Below are positions 63,891 to 64,000 of a stretch of DNA of 64,000 nucleotides, piece by piece; the stretch's first letter is position 1; each line of letters begins with the position of its first letter. This DNA is from Octopus sinensis (taxonomy: Eukaryota). The stretch spans positions 19,406,001-19,470,000 of the forward strand of contig NC_043010.1 in the NCBI RefSeq assembly GCF_006345805.1, given 5' to 3'. Position numbers and translations under genes: made by a program. The notes below the pieces were generated by a model. That model ran no database searches. It saw nothing but the letters and a program-made list of their open reading frames with translations, and was not told the DNA's origin.

Positions 63891-64000
63891 CTATCAACCC
63901 AGTGCCAGTGCAGCCTTCTCTCTCCCCTTAGCTGTCACACTCTGGATGCTTTGTGAGTCGAAGGGTGGGAAAACCAAGAGGGTGTTTGTGTTTACTTGAG

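Overview
AT-rich, microsatellite-saturated animal genomic DNA. The SINE repertoire and repeat density point to an octopod cephalopod, probably Octopus (inference from recalled families, not a search result). No host protein-coding gene could be identified with confidence. Nearly all ORFs in the supplied track are translations of TA, TATG, CA, ATCT, ATT or CAT microsatellites or of SINEs. The window is a transposon mosaic. Retroelements: three tRNA-derived SINE families, many RTE LINE 3' tails, decayed CR1, RTE-X and Jockey/I LINE pieces, a decayed Gypsy element and Penelope-like (PLE) fragments. DNA elements: a young near-intact DD34D mariner (28532-29811), two further mariner lineages, Tc1 and pogo remnants, a non-autonomous Helitron, and two GG...CC MITE families with 8-bp TSDs (Merlin-like), one carrying CCCTAA tracts. 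The most notable observations are: (1) a tRNA-promoter SINE fused to a Penelope-type hammerhead tail and bounded by a 13-bp TSD; (2) a ~150-nt structured segment holding all hammerhead core strands in a non-circularly permuted order; (3) SINEs inserted as head+(184 bp)x2 dimers with the same junction; (4) a 35x KRGS(I/T) open minisatellite; (5) a CpG-rich promoter-like island at ~54.4-54.8 kb; and (6) a few exon-like segments with strong splice sites on the minus strand. Boundaries of decayed elements are approximate, and family labels come from motif recognition by eye.
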